Shown here piece by piece: positions 61,455 through 64,000 of a DNA stretch of 64,000 bases. The stretch comes from Eledone cirrhosa (Eukaryota): the NCBI GenBank assembly GCA_964016885.1, contig CAXHJY010001222.1, positions 1 to 64,000 on the forward strand, given 5' to 3'. Below the pieces are notes generated by a model. The model searched no databases. It was not told where the DNA came from and saw only the letters and a program-made list of their open reading frames with translations. Numbering within the stretch: the stretch's first letter is position 1; every line of letters begins with the position of its first letter. Position numbers and translations under genes: made by a program.

Positions 61455-64000
61455 TAGTGGTAGTGTTGTTAATGCCGTTGATGGTGTTGGTGGTGTTGGT
61501 GGTGGTGTTGGTGTTGGTTGTAGTGGTAGTGTTGGTGTTGGTTGTAGTGGTAGTGTTGGTAATGCCGTTGTTGGTGGTGGTGTTGGTGTTGGTGTTGGTT
61601 GTAGTGGTAGTGTTGGTAATGCCAGTGGTGGTGTTAGTGGTGGTGTTGGTTGTAGTGGTAGTGTTGGTAATGCCGTTGTTATTGTTGTTGTTGTTGTTGG
61701 TGTTGGTGGTGTTGGTGGTGTTGGTTGTAGTGGTAGTGTTGGTAATGCCGTTGTTGGTGGTGGTGGTGGTGTTGGTGTTGGTTGTAGTGGTAGTGTTGGT
61801 AATGCCGTTGTTGGTGGTGGTGTTGGTGTTGGTGTTGGTTGTAGTGGTAGTGTTGGTAATGCCGGTGTTGGTGGTGGTGTTGGTGTTGGTTGTAGTGGTA
61901 GTGTTGGTAATGCCGTTGTTGGTGGTGGTGGTGGTGTTGGTGTTGGTTGTAGTAGTAGTGTTGGTAATGCCGTTGTTGGTGTTGGTGGTGGTGTTGGTTG
62001 TAGTGGTTGTGTTGGTAATGCCGTTGTTGGTGGTGGTGTTGGTTGTAGTGGTAGTGTTGGTAATGCCGGTGTTGGTGGTGGTGTTGGTGGTGGTGTTGGT
62101 TGTAGTGATAGTGTTGGTAATGCCGTTGTTGGTGGTGGTGGTGGTGGTGTTGGTTGTAGTGGTAGTGTTGGTAATGCCGGTGTTGGTGGTGGTGTTGGTG
62201 TTGGTTGTAGTGGTAGTGTTGGTAATGCCGTTTTTGTTGGTGGTGGTGGTGGTGTTGGTGTTGGTTGTAGTGGTAGTGTTGGTAATGCTGTTGTCGTTGG
62301 TGGTGGTGGTGTTGGTGGTGGTGGTTGTAGTGGTAGTGTTGGTAATGCCGTTGTTGTTGGTGGTGTTGGTGTTGGTTGTAGTGGTAGTGTTGGTAATGCC
62401 GTTGTTGGTGGTGGTGGTGTTGGTGTTGGTTGTAGTGGTAGTGTTGGTAATGCCGTTGTTGTTGTTGGTGGTGGTGGTGGTGGTTGTAGTGGTACTGTTG
62501 GTAATGCCGTTGTTGTTGTTGTTGTTGGTGTTGGTGTTGGTGTTGGTTGTAGTGGAAGTGTTGGTAATGCCGTTGTTGTTGTTGGTGGTGGTGTTGGTGT
62601 TGGTTGTTGTGGTAGTGTTGGTAATGCCGTTGTTGTTGTTGTTGTTGGTGTTGGTGTTGGTGTTGGTTGTAGTGGTAGTGTTGGTAATGCCGTTGTTGTT
62701 GGTGGTGTTGGTGCTGATGTTGGTTGTAGTGGTAGTATTGGCAATGCCGTTGTTGGTGTTGGTGTTGGTGTTGGTTGTAGTGGTAGTGTTGGTAATGCCG
62801 TTGTTGGTGGTGGTGTTGGTGTTGGTTGTAGTGGTAGTGTTGGCAAAGCCGTTGTTGGTGGTGTTGGTGGTGTTAGTGGTGGTGTTGGTGTTGGTTGTAG
62901 TGGTAGTGTTGGTAATGCCGTTGTTGTTGTTGGTGTTGGTGTTGGTTGTAGTGGTAGTGTTGGTAATGCCGTTGTTGGTGGTGGTGTTGATGTTGGTTGT
63001 AGTGGTAGTGTTGGCAAAGCCGTTGTTGGTGGTGTTGGTGGTGTTAGTGGTGGTGTTGGTGTTGGTTGTAGTGGTAGTGTTGGTAATGCCGTTGTTGGCG
63101 GTGGTGTTGGTTGTAGTGGTAGTGTTGGTAATGCCAGTGGTGGTGTTGGTTGTGGTGTTGGTTGTAGTGGTAGTGTTGGTAATGCCGTTGTTGTTGTTGT
63201 TGGTGGTGGTGGTGGTGGTGTTGGTTGTAGTGGTAGTGTTGGTAATGCCATTGTTGTTGTTGGTGTTGGTGGTGTTAGTTATAGTGGTAGTGTTGGTAAT
63301 GCCGTTGTTGGTGTTGGTGTTGGTGTTGGTTGTAGTGGTAGTGTTGGTAATGCCGGTGTTGGTGGTGGTGTTGGTGTTTGTTGTAGTGGTAGCGTTGGTA
63401 ATGCCGTTGTTGGTGGTGGTGTTGGTGTTGGTTGTAGTGGTAGTGTTGGTAATGCCGTTGTTGTTGGTGGTGTTGTTGGTGGTGTTGATTGTAGTGGTAG
63501 TGTTGGTAATGCCGTTGTTGTTGGTGGTGTTGGTGGTGTTGGTGGTGTTGGTTGTAGTGGTAGTGTTGGTAATGCCATTGTTGTTGTTGGTGTTGGTGGT
63601 GTTAGTTATAGTGGTAGTGTTGGTAATGCCGTTGTTGGTGTTGGTGTTGGTGTTGGTTGTAGTGGTAGTGTTGGTAATGCCGGTGTTGGTGGTGGTGTTG
63701 GTGTTTGTTGTAGTGGTAGCGTTGGTAATGCCGTTGTTGGTGGTGGTGTTGGTGTTGGTTGTAGTGGTAGTGTTGGTAATGCCGTTGTTGTTGGTGGTGT
63801 TGTTGGTGGTGTTGATTGTAGTGGTAGTGTTGGTAATGCCGTTGTTGTTGTTGTTGGTGGTGGTGGTGGTGGTGTTGGTTGTAGTGGTAGTGTTGGTAAT
63901 GCCATTGTTGTTGTTGGTGTTGGTGGTGTTAGTTATAGTGGTAGTGTTGGTAATGCCGTTGTTGGTGTTGGTGTTGGTGTTGGTTGTAGTGGTAGTGTTG
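43230..64000. repeat. Giant triplet-based minisatellite (~45-65-bp units; core ggttgtagtggtagtgttggtaatgccgt plus variable gtt/ggt spacer), running off the window end
   Basis: Several hundred units; - strand reads TALPTLPLQP(T/P)n; higher-order duplications present; in-frame stops and frameshifts present. Confidence 0.95.

Noticed and set aside
43470-64000. CRISPR-like constant repeat with variable spacers
   Set aside because: Spacers are only GGT/GTT triplets, there are no cas genes and the context is eukaryotic.

Overview
Eukaryotic, repeat-dominated window with no recognisable host protein-coding exon. Very dense microsatellites, two tRNA-derived SINE families and many LINE and Penelope relics suggest an octopus-like (coleoid) genome; this is inference only. 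Main content: (1) five + strand copies of a Tx1/L1-type non-LTR retrotransposon, each bounded on both sides by TATC repeats and stacked head-to-tail at two loci (2.8-7.9 kb and 27.7-34.3 kb), one full length with a single ORF2 frameshift; (2) a 3.1 x 310-bp tandem array (9.30-10.26 kb) in (TA)n whose every unit carries a type I hammerhead ribozyme on the - strand, i.e. a retrozyme-like element; (3) several decayed hammerhead-like motifs, inverted-arm elements and a Penelope-like RT relic; (4) R4/Dong-like LINE relics; (5) a candidate E2F/CCAAT promoter at ~37.2 kb; (6) a >20 kb triplet-based minisatellite (43.2 kb to window end) that reads as mucin-like (TALPTLPLQPTPTPPP)n on the - strand but contains stops and frameshifts. 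All identifications are by eye; no searches or folding programs were run.
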